DNA of 29,340 nt from a virus. Taxonomy: Duplodnaviria; Caudoviricetes. The stretch is from the IMG/VR virus record IMGVR_UViG_3300037419_000226, positions 1 to 29,340 of that record; one strand, 5' to 3'. Of the stretch, positions 18,283 to 27,462 are shown in pieces. Below the pieces are notes generated by a model, which saw only the letters and a program-made list of their open reading frames with translations, was not told the origin of the DNA and ran no database searches. Every line of letters begins with the position of its first letter. Position 1 is the stretch's first letter. Position numbers and translations under genes: made by a program.

Positions 18283-19758
18283 TTACTTTGCTCGGTTTTT
18301 ATTAGCATCTGTGTTCTTGGTTTTTAATCCTTTATCAGTTAATTTTGACTCTTCCTTTTTAGGCGCACCTGCACCAACATTATCTGTTTGAGTGAAAGAG
18401 GTTTGTAAAGGCTTCATCTTATCTAATAATTTCAGATAATCATTCTCGAATTTCAACAAACTCATGAAAGTTGTTTGCTTAATTCCCATTGCAGTTAAAG
18501 GCATCAATTTAGAATATCCTAATGTTGCTCCCTCTTTGTACATATCGTACATTTCTTTCCAATTAAATATTGTGATTGGAGGGAAGAGAATTTCATAAAA
18601 AACTTTTCTATCCTTGTTGATTAATGTGAAACGATTTTCATACCAAAGTTTACTTTGATCCAACAAACCAAATAATAACGATTCATCAACTTTAAGTGAA
18701 TTGGATAATCCAATGGAACCTCCATCAGAACCACTATTGAAAATAATCTTAGATGTACCTGTAGTGTTATATACACGATTATTGGCACGTTCAATATTAT
18801 CTCTTAGTGTTTGACCTTTTTCCTGAAGATTTACACTTTGCACATCTAAAGGAGTGGTCAGTACATCTATACCCTCTTGAGAAATCATTCTCTTTGCATT
18901 ACCATGTAAGGCTTGACCTTCTTCTAACTTTAACAATGGCATTCCAGTATTCTTATCCAAAGGTAATTTCTGAACAATTAACCGATATAAATCCATACTA
19001 TCTTTCGATTTGTCCATTTCTTTGTATTCAGTTAAGTTGATTAACTCTGGAAATACAGTTGAGAAAAATGGGGTTTGATTATCAGTTAGTTTATGACACC
19101 TTGCAAAATTAGGATTAAGTAGTACCCATTCTGTTGAATTTCCTTTTTTGTAGTCTAAATAAGCTTCGAAAAACTCATCAGGGAAAGCAGCGAATACTTC
19201 AATTTTTTGTTCAGTATCTTTGTATTGATCGAAGAACCTAAGATTAAATTCAATCGCATGATTATTATTAACTTTAAATTTAGAACGACAATAATCATAA
19301 GGTAACTGCTGGAGTACCACATTATCACCAGTTGTACGTTCATAACCGAAAAAGATACCATCAAGTAAAGTAATAAAAGCAATGAAACGATTAGTTTCTT
19401 TGATATTTGCATTGTCAGTATACTTCAATACTTTGTCTAAGTTTTTCTGATAATCAACATTCTCAATATCATATACTCTAGGGACAACTAAATAATCAAA
19501 TGTAAGAATATTAGAAAAGTACTGTAGTATTCTTCGATATTCACCACTTACATTAAAGAAGTAGTTTGATATATTTCTAAGACTAGAAACATTAGTGGAC
19601 TCCAACATCTTCATCACATGTTCTTTTGTATATTTGAGATAAGTAGGATTCTTTTTATAATTAATTGCGTAAATACCTTCTGATAATTTTTCGAACTGAA
19701 TCTTTTCTCGTTCATCATATGGAAGGGGAGTTGCTTCTTTCTTTGTTTGTTTTGGCAT
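18283..19758 (-). CDS. yonE: Portal protein, YonE-like
   Basis: 491 aa directly after terminase, C-terminal PLQTSFTQ...GAP motif, RBS GGAGGTG. Confidence 0.75.
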   Translation of the reverse strand: MPKQTKKEATPLPYDEREKIQFEKLSEGIYAINYKKNPTYLKYTKEHVMKMLESTNVSSLRNISNYFFNVSGEYRRILQYFSNILTFDYLVVPRVYDIENVDYQKNLDKVLKYTDNANIKETNRFIAFITLLDGIFFGYERTTGDNVVLQQLPYDYCRSKFKVNNNHAIEFNLRFFDQYKDTEQKIEVFAAFPDEFFEAYLDYKKGNSTEWVLLNPNFARCHKLTDNQTPFFSTVFPELINLTEYKEMDKSKDSMDLYRLIVQKLPLDKNTGMPLLKLEEGQALHGNAKRMISQEGIDVLTTPLDVQSVNLQEKGQTLRDNIERANNRVYNTTGTSKIIFNSGSDGGSIGLSNSLKVDESLLFGLLDQSKLWYENRFTLINKDRKVFYEILFPPITIFNWKEMYDMYKEGATLGYSKLMPLTAMGIKQTTFMSLLKFENDYLKLLDKMKPLQTSFTQTDNVGAGAPKKEESKLTDKGLKTKNTDANKNRAK

Positions 19759-19782
19759 TTGTTCACCTCCTGTATATTAAGG

Positions 19783-21516
19783 TTAGTTGTAAAACATGTA
19801 CCCAGATAGATCTACATTTCTATCTATTTGTTTATCCTCGAATTCTTTGATATACCATAATCCATATGCAACAGCCGAAAATCTGTCACGATTTATTTTT
19901 TTTGTGACTTGTTCGGTAGTATATTTACCGCTAGAGAGTTTCTTTAATTTCAAATTTGCTATTTCTTCTAGTAACAAATCCGTTTGAACAAATGGAAGTA
20001 TTTCACTTTTAAAGTAATCCACATTATTTACATCGTAATCTTTATTATCATTTTTTTTCAATAGTTGAAGCTTTTGGGAGTCTACCATGTCAATGAAATT
20101 AATGATGATGTCAGTATTAATACCTTGTGAATGTAAATCATAAACAATTTTTTCTGCACCTTGTACTTCTGGTTGTTTATCGTTGTTCATAGTATCCCAA
20201 CAATCCAACTCTTCTCCTGTACGTGGATCAATCATTTCTTTTAAACATTCATCCACAATCGCAGAACCAAGCCCGTTTCCGTCAATTACAACTGCTTTAG
20301 GATTAAAATAACTTGCAATTCGTTTCAACTCAATTGTTTGTCCAGTGAAATTTAATCCATTAGGTAAGTTTATTAAATTAACAACTTTAATTTGCTTAAT
20401 TTTATTTGTTTTACCTCTTATAATTCTCAACACTGCAATTGATGACTGATTATTTGAATCACGTTCACTACGAGCAACGTCCATACTTAATATGTATTCT
20501 CCATTTTTAGCAGCCTTTGTTTCTACAGTAGTAACAGTACGTAAATCCATAACTTTATTAATACTAACTAAACTACCATCTACTGCTCCAGTCCACCGAC
20601 TTTCATAGTTCATGGCAAAGAAAGTAGGGGAGAGTTTAGCTTTTTTCTCAAGTAATTGTGAACGAGTTTCTCCACGTCCATATGAACACGCTAATTGCCA
20701 ATCTGAACCTATAACTATATTACCTTTTAACTCAGCCATATTATCAATCATAAATAAGTTACGTTCGAACTCATCTGAACCTCTAAACCAACTTGTGGTA
20801 AAGAAATTTATTTGCCCATTAAGTTCATGAGGATCAATTAATGCTTGTTTGCCTATAGTTCTTCTCGGTACATTCACGATTGGTTCAAGTACATCCTCGA
20901 ATAACGCAGCATTTATTTGAGCAGCCTCTTCGCAATTTAGACGTTTTCGACGTGCCCCTTTACTCGATTGAGAATTTGCCATCACATCAATTCTTGCACC
21001 AGATGTAAAAATCACTTCGACTGTATCTTTTGAATTGGAGTATTTGACAACCTCATTTGCAAGTAGAGGATAAAACTTTAGTATTTCACGATGTTTTTCA
21101 TCAACAAGTTTTGAAGCATTTTCTCTTGTTTGAGCAGTCATCGTCAACTCAATATCAGGAAAGAATATCGCAGTATGATACATTCCCATTACTTCTAATA
21201 ACGTCTTACCGTATCCACGGGGGAAAACTCCGTAATTAGTAATAAATCTAGCTAAACTTCTCAAGAAAACACGTTGATCTAAATCTAATCTGATCCCACC
21301 AGTTTCAGGAGTAATTAAATCCCAAAATAAATCAGGATTCCATCTCGCCCAAGAGACAAAATCCATATACTTTTCTAGGTTTTTGGTGAAGTTATCAGTC
21401 TGCTCTATTCCTCTTGCATCAACTGTCGGATTGAAGTCAGCATCATAAATATTAGTTCTGCCTGTACTTTTAGAGTGCTTAACATTATCCGACTGAAAAT
21501 TATTGTAATTCGCCAT
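19783..21516 (-). CDS. yonF: Terminase large subunit, YonF-like
   Basis: Walker A PRGYGKT, GARRKRLNCEEAA (Walker B), nuclease acidic residues SMDVAR, IDGNGLG, RDRFSAVAYG. Likely start MANYNNF at 21516 (RBS AGGTGG), overlapping upstream gene. Confidence 0.9.
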   Translation of the reverse strand: MANYNNFQSDNVKHSKSTGRTNIYDADFNPTVDARGIEQTDNFTKNLEKYMDFVSWARWNPDLFWDLITPETGGIRLDLDQRVFLRSLARFITNYGVFPRGYGKTLLEVMGMYHTAIFFPDIELTMTAQTRENASKLVDEKHREILKFYPLLANEVVKYSNSKDTVEVIFTSGARIDVMANSQSSKGARRKRLNCEEAAQINAALFEDVLEPIVNVPRRTIGKQALIDPHELNGQINFFTTSWFRGSDEFERNLFMIDNMAELKGNIVIGSDWQLACSYGRGETRSQLLEKKAKLSPTFFAMNYESRWTGAVDGSLVSINKVMDLRTVTTVETKAAKNGEYILSMDVARSERDSNNQSSIAVLRIIRGKTNKIKQIKVVNLINLPNGLNFTGQTIELKRIASYFNPKAVVIDGNGLGSAIVDECLKEMIDPRTGEELDCWDTMNNDKQPEVQGAEKIVYDLHSQGINTDIIINFIDMVDSQKLQLLKKNDNKDYDVNNVDYFKSEILPFVQTDLLLEEIANLKLKKLSSGKYTTEQVTKKINRDRFSAVAYGLWYIKEFEDKQIDRNVDLSGYMFYN

Positions 21517-22408
21517 CAAAACCACCTGCTGAACTTTCGAAATCCTTTTTACGTTGATCATAGAAAGAATAAATTTCATCATACGTAGCCAAAGGCAACC
21601 CTTTTAAATCTCTCACGTAGTTAATGTAACACCACAAAGTAAAATCAACTTTATCCTGCGGTCTTTCTCTAAATTGAGGCAAAATAGGGATAATATCAAC
21701 TGCTTGTTCAACTGTTCTAACTAATTGACCAAAAGTGTCTAGTCCATCAGACAAATCTGACTTACTTAATTGCGAAGGGTTAATTTTAGCATCTTGTGCA
21801 GCTTTTTGTGCAAGTTGTCCCCATTCTTTAGCAGATTTCATATCATTCTTAGCAGTGGATATTTCTTCTTTAACACGATAACGGATGTAGGTAAGAAGCG
21901 CTTCCGTATGCATGGCTGTTTTTTCTTGATAGTTGTTTTTAAGCATATTGTACTTACGTTCAAATGCAATATACTCTTCGTTTTCGTATCCAAATCCCCA
22001 TTTATTAATTAATTCATCAGAGATAGAATTTGTATTCAATGTACTTGCTACATCAATACTTTCCTTCACATGTTGTATTTCAAATATACTATCTTTCCAA
22101 GTTAAAGTTTTATGATTGAATTGTACATTTTTCATGAATAAACCAAACGCATCTCTTCCAGTTCGTTTACTTTCATCAACTGAACTGATCCACAAATCCA
22201 TAAGGAAAGGGCGATTTATTTGCATTAATAAATCTTGAACGGAATTTAAGTCATTTATATCTAAATTTTCTTTTAAACACATTTTACAAACAGGGTAACG
22301 TTTATCAGTATGTAAGTCAGAGTTTGACAAAAAGAATTCCGTTGTATTTTTTTCTTTCTGACATTTTAAACATACCTTTTTAGGAGTCGTAGATTTCTTT
22401 TTTGTCAA
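21500..22408 (-). CDS. YonG-like protein with N-terminal Zn finger, probable terminase small subunit
   Basis: CLKC...CKMC Zn ribbon, TTG start, overlaps terL start. Confidence 0.65.
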   Translation of the reverse strand: MTKKKSTTPKKVCLKCQKEKNTTEFFLSNSDLHTDKRYPVCKMCLKENLDINDLNSVQDLLMQINRPFLMDLWISSVDESKRTGRDAFGLFMKNVQFNHKTLTWKDSIFEIQHVKESIDVASTLNTNSISDELINKWGFGYENEEYIAFERKYNMLKNNYQEKTAMHTEALLTYIRYRVKEEISTAKNDMKSAKEWGQLAQKAAQDAKINPSQLSKSDLSDGLDTFGQLVRTVEQAVDIIPILPQFRERPQDKVDFTLWCYINYVRDLKGLPLATYDEIYSFYDQRKKDFESSAGGFDGELQ

Positions 22409-22432
22409 ATCGAACTCACCATCCTTTTACTC

Positions 22433-22500
22433 AAAATATAAAAACCTTCATATACGCCCACCACATATTTAAAATAGGTGATGAGCGTTATCAAGGTTTT
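22433..22500 (-). terminator. Long interrupted hairpin after clpP-like gene
   Basis: AAAACCTT(22441-22448)/AAGGTTTT(22493-22500) plus ACGCCCACCAC/GTGATGAGCGT pairing (G-U on minus strand), U-rich 3' side. Confidence 0.55.
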
Positions 22501-22512
22501 GTTAATTAATTT

Positions 22513-23106
22513 TTATACTCGTTCGTGAACCATTCCGTTCTCAATTGCTTCTTCTACACCAAAGAACCAATCTTTCTTACCTTTTTTAACTGCATTTAAT
22601 TTATTTTGTTTAATAGTAGTTCTCTCAATAATTAAATCATCATACAATTTTTGAATTCTACGGTTCTCTTTAGTTACTTCTTCAATTTCAGTATTCTTAC
22701 CCCATGACATTGTACTAACTTCATGATACATAAAACTTGCAAATCTCCCAGCGAATCTACGATGAGTTGCAGCATAGATAATGAATCCCATTGACATTAC
22801 ATATCCATCACAATAACCATGTACAGGAGTTTTACTGGATAGAATAGCAGAAACTAGACCAAATCCATCGTAACAACTTCCACCAACAGAGTTAATGTGT
22901 AGTTCGATAGGTTTACGTTCCTCAACAGGAATATCTTTATCTAGTAAATTGAATTTCTTAATTTGCATTGCCACTAGATCAAATACTTCATTATCAATTT
23001 CTTGATTAAGAATAATTCTTCTGTCCTTTAAGTTATCAAGATAAACCTTCTCAAGTAATTCCATACCTTTGAACTCTTCATAATCAAAACACATTTTCTT
23101 TTGCAT
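22513..23106 (-). CDS. clpP: ClpP-family (S14) serine protease
   Basis: RRIILNQEID, INSVGGSCYDG, GYVMSMG (Ser), FMYHE (His), KDWFFGVEEAIENG (Asp). RBS GGAGG favours start at 23106 (alternatives 23112/23136). Confidence 0.85.
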   Translation of the reverse strand: MQKKMCFDYEEFKGMELLEKVYLDNLKDRRIILNQEIDNEVFDLVAMQIKKFNLLDKDIPVEERKPIELHINSVGGSCYDGFGLVSAILSSKTPVHGYCDGYVMSMGFIIYAATHRRFAGRFASFMYHEVSTMSWGKNTEIEEVTKENRRIQKLYDDLIIERTTIKQNKLNAVKKGKKDWFFGVEEAIENGMVHERV

Positions 23107-23216
23107 ATTCATAACCTCCGATTTTTTTAGTTTCATTCAGAGGCATCGGACGGTCTGACCGTCATACCTATTATTTGATTAATTATTTTAAGTTCTAAAT
23201 ACAGTAGTTATTATCA

Positions 23217-24614
23217 CTATACAGGGGTTATGGTTTTAATACCTGTTGATGTAACAACCTTTATCGTATTGTTGTCAGTTCTAAACCACATTTGCCCTAC
23301 TATGGTAGTAGTTCTGTCAGTTGTTCTGTTTTCTAGGGCAGATAAACGTCCTGCATTATTTTGATTACCTAAATCAGACACCCTTGTATAGGGCATATTT
23401 TGAAGATTGAATCGAGTATACTCTGATTGTACTGTACAAAAGATTACGTTATTGGAATGAGGGATTAACTGTAAATCCCATATCATCCCATCAAATACAT
23501 TATAGCCACCGTTAACTGTGATAAGTGTTTGGGTAGCGTAGGAAGGTTGAATTTGTAGACTAGAGAAGATATTACCTGAGCATTCCGCAGGAATTGTCAC
23601 CTGTGAGGAAATGTTAATCATCTCGTTACAACCTTCAATCGTAAAGTTATTAAAACGGTTAGCATTAATATAAGCGGAACCGCTTGGTGTTGGGGCTGTA
23701 CATTGCAAGGAAACCCCTAAATTCATACTGACAATTTTTACATTATCAAAGTTCAAGAAAGAAATCTCATCGTTTGCATTTCTAGATAGGAGTTTTACAC
23801 CCGTTGCTTTACGGTAATCGTTCCAGTCAATAATTTGCATGTTTCTTACGGCTGTGCGATTCCATGAGTTGTAATATTTATACTTACCGTCAAAATAGAG
23901 TACATTTCCAACAAAATTCACATCGTCTATATTAATGGTGAAACCTTCTGCGGAAGAATTTTTCTGAAACTCTAAAACATTGTAGTTAGTGCCATAAAGA
24001 GTGAAGGAAGTATTATAACCGCCCATTAACTTAATACCTTGCTTTATGACAATTCCAGCAGATATGATATAAGTTTTATCTTCCATTAATACAGTTTTAA
24101 TTCCATTCGCTACAGCATAGTCAATAGCTGATTGGATTTTAACTTCATTGTCTGTTCCTGTGAAATCACCAAGGTATACAACGGTTTTCTGCGATTTTTG
24201 TCCCAAAGGTGTCACAATTAATTCTTGATAATTCTTTAATTGTGAGACATCAATTTCATCTTGCCCACCCTTTAAGTGTGTTGATTTATGTCCAATAGTA
24301 GCTGGAACATTTGCTTCGAACCATTTTGCTTTAACGACATCTCCAACTTTTAATCCTTCATCTGTTCGAAATGTATTCCCGTTAACCATTTGGACGTTAT
24401 TACCAACATCTTGTGGTACTCCAGCAACTATAAAAGATATCACTAACTTTAAATCAGAAATAGTACCATTTGGAATTGTGAAATCCGTTTGTCCACTTGT
24501 AGCGACCCATGAATACTCGTTCGGTAGTTTTGCTATTTCTGATAATTTGTCTGATAACTTTTTACCAGTTACTCGATCTTCAATCATATCATCTGGTACC
24601 CTATTAAATGCCAT
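23217..24614 (-). CDS. Fibre/spike-like protein with beta-helix (pectate-lyase-like) domain
   Basis: WVATSGQTDF beta-domain, HKSTHLKGGQDEI linker, DNEVKIQSAIDYA beta-helix cap, Asn-rich ladders (YINANRFNNFTI, SGNIFSSLQIQ), C-terminal GQMWFRTD. Confidence 0.7.
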   Translation of the reverse strand: MAFNRVPDDMIEDRVTGKKLSDKLSEIAKLPNEYSWVATSGQTDFTIPNGTISDLKLVISFIVAGVPQDVGNNVQMVNGNTFRTDEGLKVGDVVKAKWFEANVPATIGHKSTHLKGGQDEIDVSQLKNYQELIVTPLGQKSQKTVVYLGDFTGTDNEVKIQSAIDYAVANGIKTVLMEDKTYIISAGIVIKQGIKLMGGYNTSFTLYGTNYNVLEFQKNSSAEGFTINIDDVNFVGNVLYFDGKYKYYNSWNRTAVRNMQIIDWNDYRKATGVKLLSRNANDEISFLNFDNVKIVSMNLGVSLQCTAPTPSGSAYINANRFNNFTIEGCNEMINISSQVTIPAECSGNIFSSLQIQPSYATQTLITVNGGYNVFDGMIWDLQLIPHSNNVIFCTVQSEYTRFNLQNMPYTRVSDLGNQNNAGRLSALENRTTDRTTTIVGQMWFRTDNNTIKVVTSTGIKTITPV

Positions 24615-24742
24615 TCTTTCACCCCTTTGCAGTTTAAGCGTGTAGAATCGGATGAATAGTTATCCATCATACATATGTTTGATTAATTTGTTTTAAAAAT
24701 TAACATTCACAATCTTCTTCGTTGCAGCATCCGTATTAAATT

Positions 24743-25942
24743 TTACATAATATTTAACGCAATGTTATATTCACATTCAATTCCATCATCGCTATTGAAT
24801 ATTAAAAATTTCTGTGCTGGTTTACTAATCAATCTCTTCTGTACAGCATAATCATCGCTGCCGATTAAACTTGAGTTGACAATTATCTGCGTATGTAATC
24901 CAATTTCTTTTTCGTAATGGTGATGAATATGTCCCATCATTATATATTGGAATAGATAACCAAATGATTGAGATAATCTTTCTGAAACAGTATTTACACT
25001 GTCATAGTTACCATGAACTAAAGCTATTTTATGTCCAAGTATGTTTGTTTCAATTACACCATCTTCATCAGTTACAATTTTGATATTAGGAATATTCGCT
25101 AACCGAGTCTGTAAAAACCAAGGAATTAGATACTCAAAATTTTCTTTAATACCCGTTTCCGTCTTATTAGCAATGGTTCTTGAATGATTTCCGATTACGT
25201 TGTAATAAACAACATTTTCAAATGTCTCCGCAAATTTAATCAGCACTTCCGCTAACACTTCAGACACCACTTGAATTTGTTTGATAATATTCTCATCACT
25301 CATCACTCGGTTTGCAGTATGAATTTGCCCTGCGATAATATCCCCGATTTGAGCAACATGAAGAGTTTGTATATTATTGTTCAATCCGTTATTGATTATT
25401 TTAGTTACTAACTTTTCCAAACGTAATCTGAAAATATGCTTATCATATGTATTGAAACGATTTTTAACATCTGAACCGTAATGCCAATCCGAGAACAACG
25501 CTAAACCTTCTTTTCCTTCTTGACCTAAAATAATATCAGGTTCAAAATTTAAAGGTTTCGTTTGATTCAATTCTTCGATAGCAGCAACAATTTCACTTTG
25601 TAAATTTTCAAAACGAGATTGATTTCTGATTAATTTTTGATATTCTCTACGTTGATCTTGTTTACGGATTCGTTCTTTTTCAGATTCAATACGAACTTCT
25701 TCGTATTTATCCAAAATTTCTTTATCTAAGTTTCTATTAATCAAATAATCTTTCCATTTGACATAATGTGCAAAATCTTTTCGCCATTTAGACTCGTCAT
25801 AATGACTACCATATTCTTTGTTTAGTAACTCAGCGATTTCTATATTATTAATTTTATATTCATCTTTATTTTCAAATAAGCGTATGTGATAGGATTGAAA
25901 ATCTTCATCTTCACGTCTTTTTAGAATTGGATTATCTATCAT
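24743..25942 (-). CDS. yonJ: Calcineurin-like metallophosphoesterase, YonJ-like
   Basis: Complete motif set SDWHYG, IGDII, IGNHSR, VHG, MGHIHH; N-terminal coiled coil; follows yonK. Confidence 0.85.
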   Translation of the reverse strand: MIDNPILKRREDEDFQSYHIRLFENKDEYKINNIEIAELLNKEYGSHYDESKWRKDFAHYVKWKDYLINRNLDKEILDKYEEVRIESEKERIRKQDQRREYQKLIRNQSRFENLQSEIVAAIEELNQTKPLNFEPDIILGQEGKEGLALFSDWHYGSDVKNRFNTYDKHIFRLRLEKLVTKIINNGLNNNIQTLHVAQIGDIIAGQIHTANRVMSDENIIKQIQVVSEVLAEVLIKFAETFENVVYYNVIGNHSRTIANKTETGIKENFEYLIPWFLQTRLANIPNIKIVTDEDGVIETNILGHKIALVHGNYDSVNTVSERLSQSFGYLFQYIMMGHIHHHYEKEIGLHTQIIVNSSLIGSDDYAVQKRLISKPAQKFLIFNSDDGIECEYNIALNIM

Positions 25943-25947
25943 AGGCT

Positions 25948-26139
25948 CTATTCCTCATCCTTGACAGGCAATTCCACTTCTTCTTTGATGCTAATGGAAA
26001 CTTGTTTGCCGTCAAAGTCACGTAAGATTTCTAAAAAATCATAAGTATATTCTGCTTCTTTTGCTTGTTCTGTGATTTCCATTGTATCTAAATCTAACAA
26101 ACCTTTTACACTTACTGCATGAATCTTTTTACTTGCCAT
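25948..26139 (-). CDS. yonK: YonK family protein
   Basis: 63 aa MASKKIHAVSVKG...EAEYTYDF...ELPVK closely resembles SPbeta YonK as remembered; RBS AAGGAGGAG. Confidence 0.85.
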   Translation of the reverse strand: MASKKIHAVSVKGLLDLDTMEITEQAKEAEYTYDFLEILRDFDGKQVSISIKEEVELPVKDEE

Positions 26140-26165
26140 TTTAACTCCTCCTTGTAATCTCCTTT

Positions 26166-26203
26166 AAAAAAAAAAGACTACAACCACCGTAGCAGTCGTA
26201 GCC
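26166..26203 (-). terminator. Strong intrinsic terminator between phoH and yonK
   Basis: Minus strand GGCTACGACTGC-TACG-GTGGTTGTAGTC (cUACGg tetraloop) followed by T10. Confidence 0.85.
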
Positions 26204-26227
26204 TGTAAGGTTATGTATTAATTTAAT

Positions 26228-27448
26228 TTACATTTTATCAGCTAATTCAGCAATACGACTTCTATGTACATTTTGCAGTTCAACTTCCCCATATAGATCA
26301 GTACCTCTAAAAACCTCTGACATGCGCCTCATTCCGTTATCTGCAGCATACACATCTTTATCAATTTGTTGGTGGAAATCCCCATCTACGATTACTTTAG
26401 AACCTTCACCAATACGCTGTAACCCCAACTTCATTAATTCACTTGTTAAATTTTGTGCTTCTAGAATCCAACAAATTGTTTTGTCCCCTGTGTCAAATCC
26501 ACGTAAATCCACAAAAGGAAGGATATCTAATCTTCCATCTTGAATTTCTCTAAGAATGCCGATTTCATCACCGAACTTAGCTTTTAACATAGTGCCAACA
26601 GATGACTGTAGTAGTTTATCTAACCTATCACCTTTATAAAATCCCAATTCCTGTGCATTAAGGGAAGGTACTGGATTCACAAAGATTACTAATTTGAAAG
26701 ATTTCTTTTCTACTAAATACCATGCTGTATTAAGTGCGATTAACGATTTACCACTACCAGCCCTACCTCTTAGAGATGTGATTTGATTATTAAAAATGCT
26801 GTCTACTGCCATGATTTGATACTCATCCCTAGGAATGAATTTGTCGAATTGGAATGTTGTAAACCCTTTACCCAGTTTACCTTTTGAATCTCTAAGGGAT
26901 ACCAAATGTTGTCCGTTCCATTTCATAATATCCATTAAATCTCCACTAACGTCATTATTGATAATAATATATTCATTAGTCATTAAATCAAATTGGTTGA
27001 TTCCTAGATTTAAGTGAACCTTCTTTAGTTCTTCTTCCAACATGAATAATTCTCTAAAACCTTTATGTTCAACATATGAAGATGTTTCAACTTTAACAAC
27101 TTCGATTCCAAATTGTCTACACTTTTGTCGTAACAGTCTGTCGTTTGTAATCATACCGTAGTCTTCATCATGTGCAACTTGAAGTAAGATATTATCTGTA
27201 TATTGTGGATCAAGTTCGTCATCTAGTGTAAATTTATAATCTTTGATATTAACGAAAGGACAATCATATTTATCCAATGCTCTTTTAATTCGTCTAATCT
27301 GCCATTGTAGTGTTCGATCTTGCTTACGAGTTAATTCCAAGTGTTCAATTTCTCTATTAACATGTGATGGAATTACAACCTCATACTCATCTAACACTTC
27401 TGGATTATTTAATAGTACGTTCGTATCTACTAAAAATAGTTTAGTCAT
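26228..27448 (-). CDS. phoH: PIN domain-PhoH ATPase fusion (PhoH2/YlaK-like)
   Basis: PIN motifs LVDTNVLL, REIE, TDNILL, ITNDRLLR; P-loop GRAGSGKS, ELGFYKG, LRG, LEAQN, RIGEGSK, GDFHQ, HRS. Start at 27448 (RBS GAGAGG) or 27466 by coupling. Confidence 0.9.
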   Translation of the reverse strand: MTKLFLVDTNVLLNNPEVLDEYEVVIPSHVNREIEHLELTRKQDRTLQWQIRRIKRALDKYDCPFVNIKDYKFTLDDELDPQYTDNILLQVAHDEDYGMITNDRLLRQKCRQFGIEVVKVETSSYVEHKGFRELFMLEEELKKVHLNLGINQFDLMTNEYIIINNDVSGDLMDIMKWNGQHLVSLRDSKGKLGKGFTTFQFDKFIPRDEYQIMAVDSIFNNQITSLRGRAGSGKSLIALNTAWYLVEKKSFKLVIFVNPVPSLNAQELGFYKGDRLDKLLQSSVGTMLKAKFGDEIGILREIQDGRLDILPFVDLRGFDTGDKTICWILEAQNLTSELMKLGLQRIGEGSKVIVDGDFHQQIDKDVYAADNGMRRMSEVFRGTDLYGEVELQNVHRSRIAELADKM

Positions 27449-27462
27449 GGCATTATTACCTC

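Noticed and set aside
19783-21582. Intein or intron in terminase; ORF-track start at 21582
   Set aside because: Length is normal and no intein motifs were seen; the 21582 start lies deep in the upstream gene without an RBS.
10285-24689. Identical 17-mers as recombination sites for fibre switching by the YomM-like recombinase
   Set aside because: Direct orientation would excise the essential head and tail genes; the site lacks the dyad symmetry of tyrosine recombinase cores.
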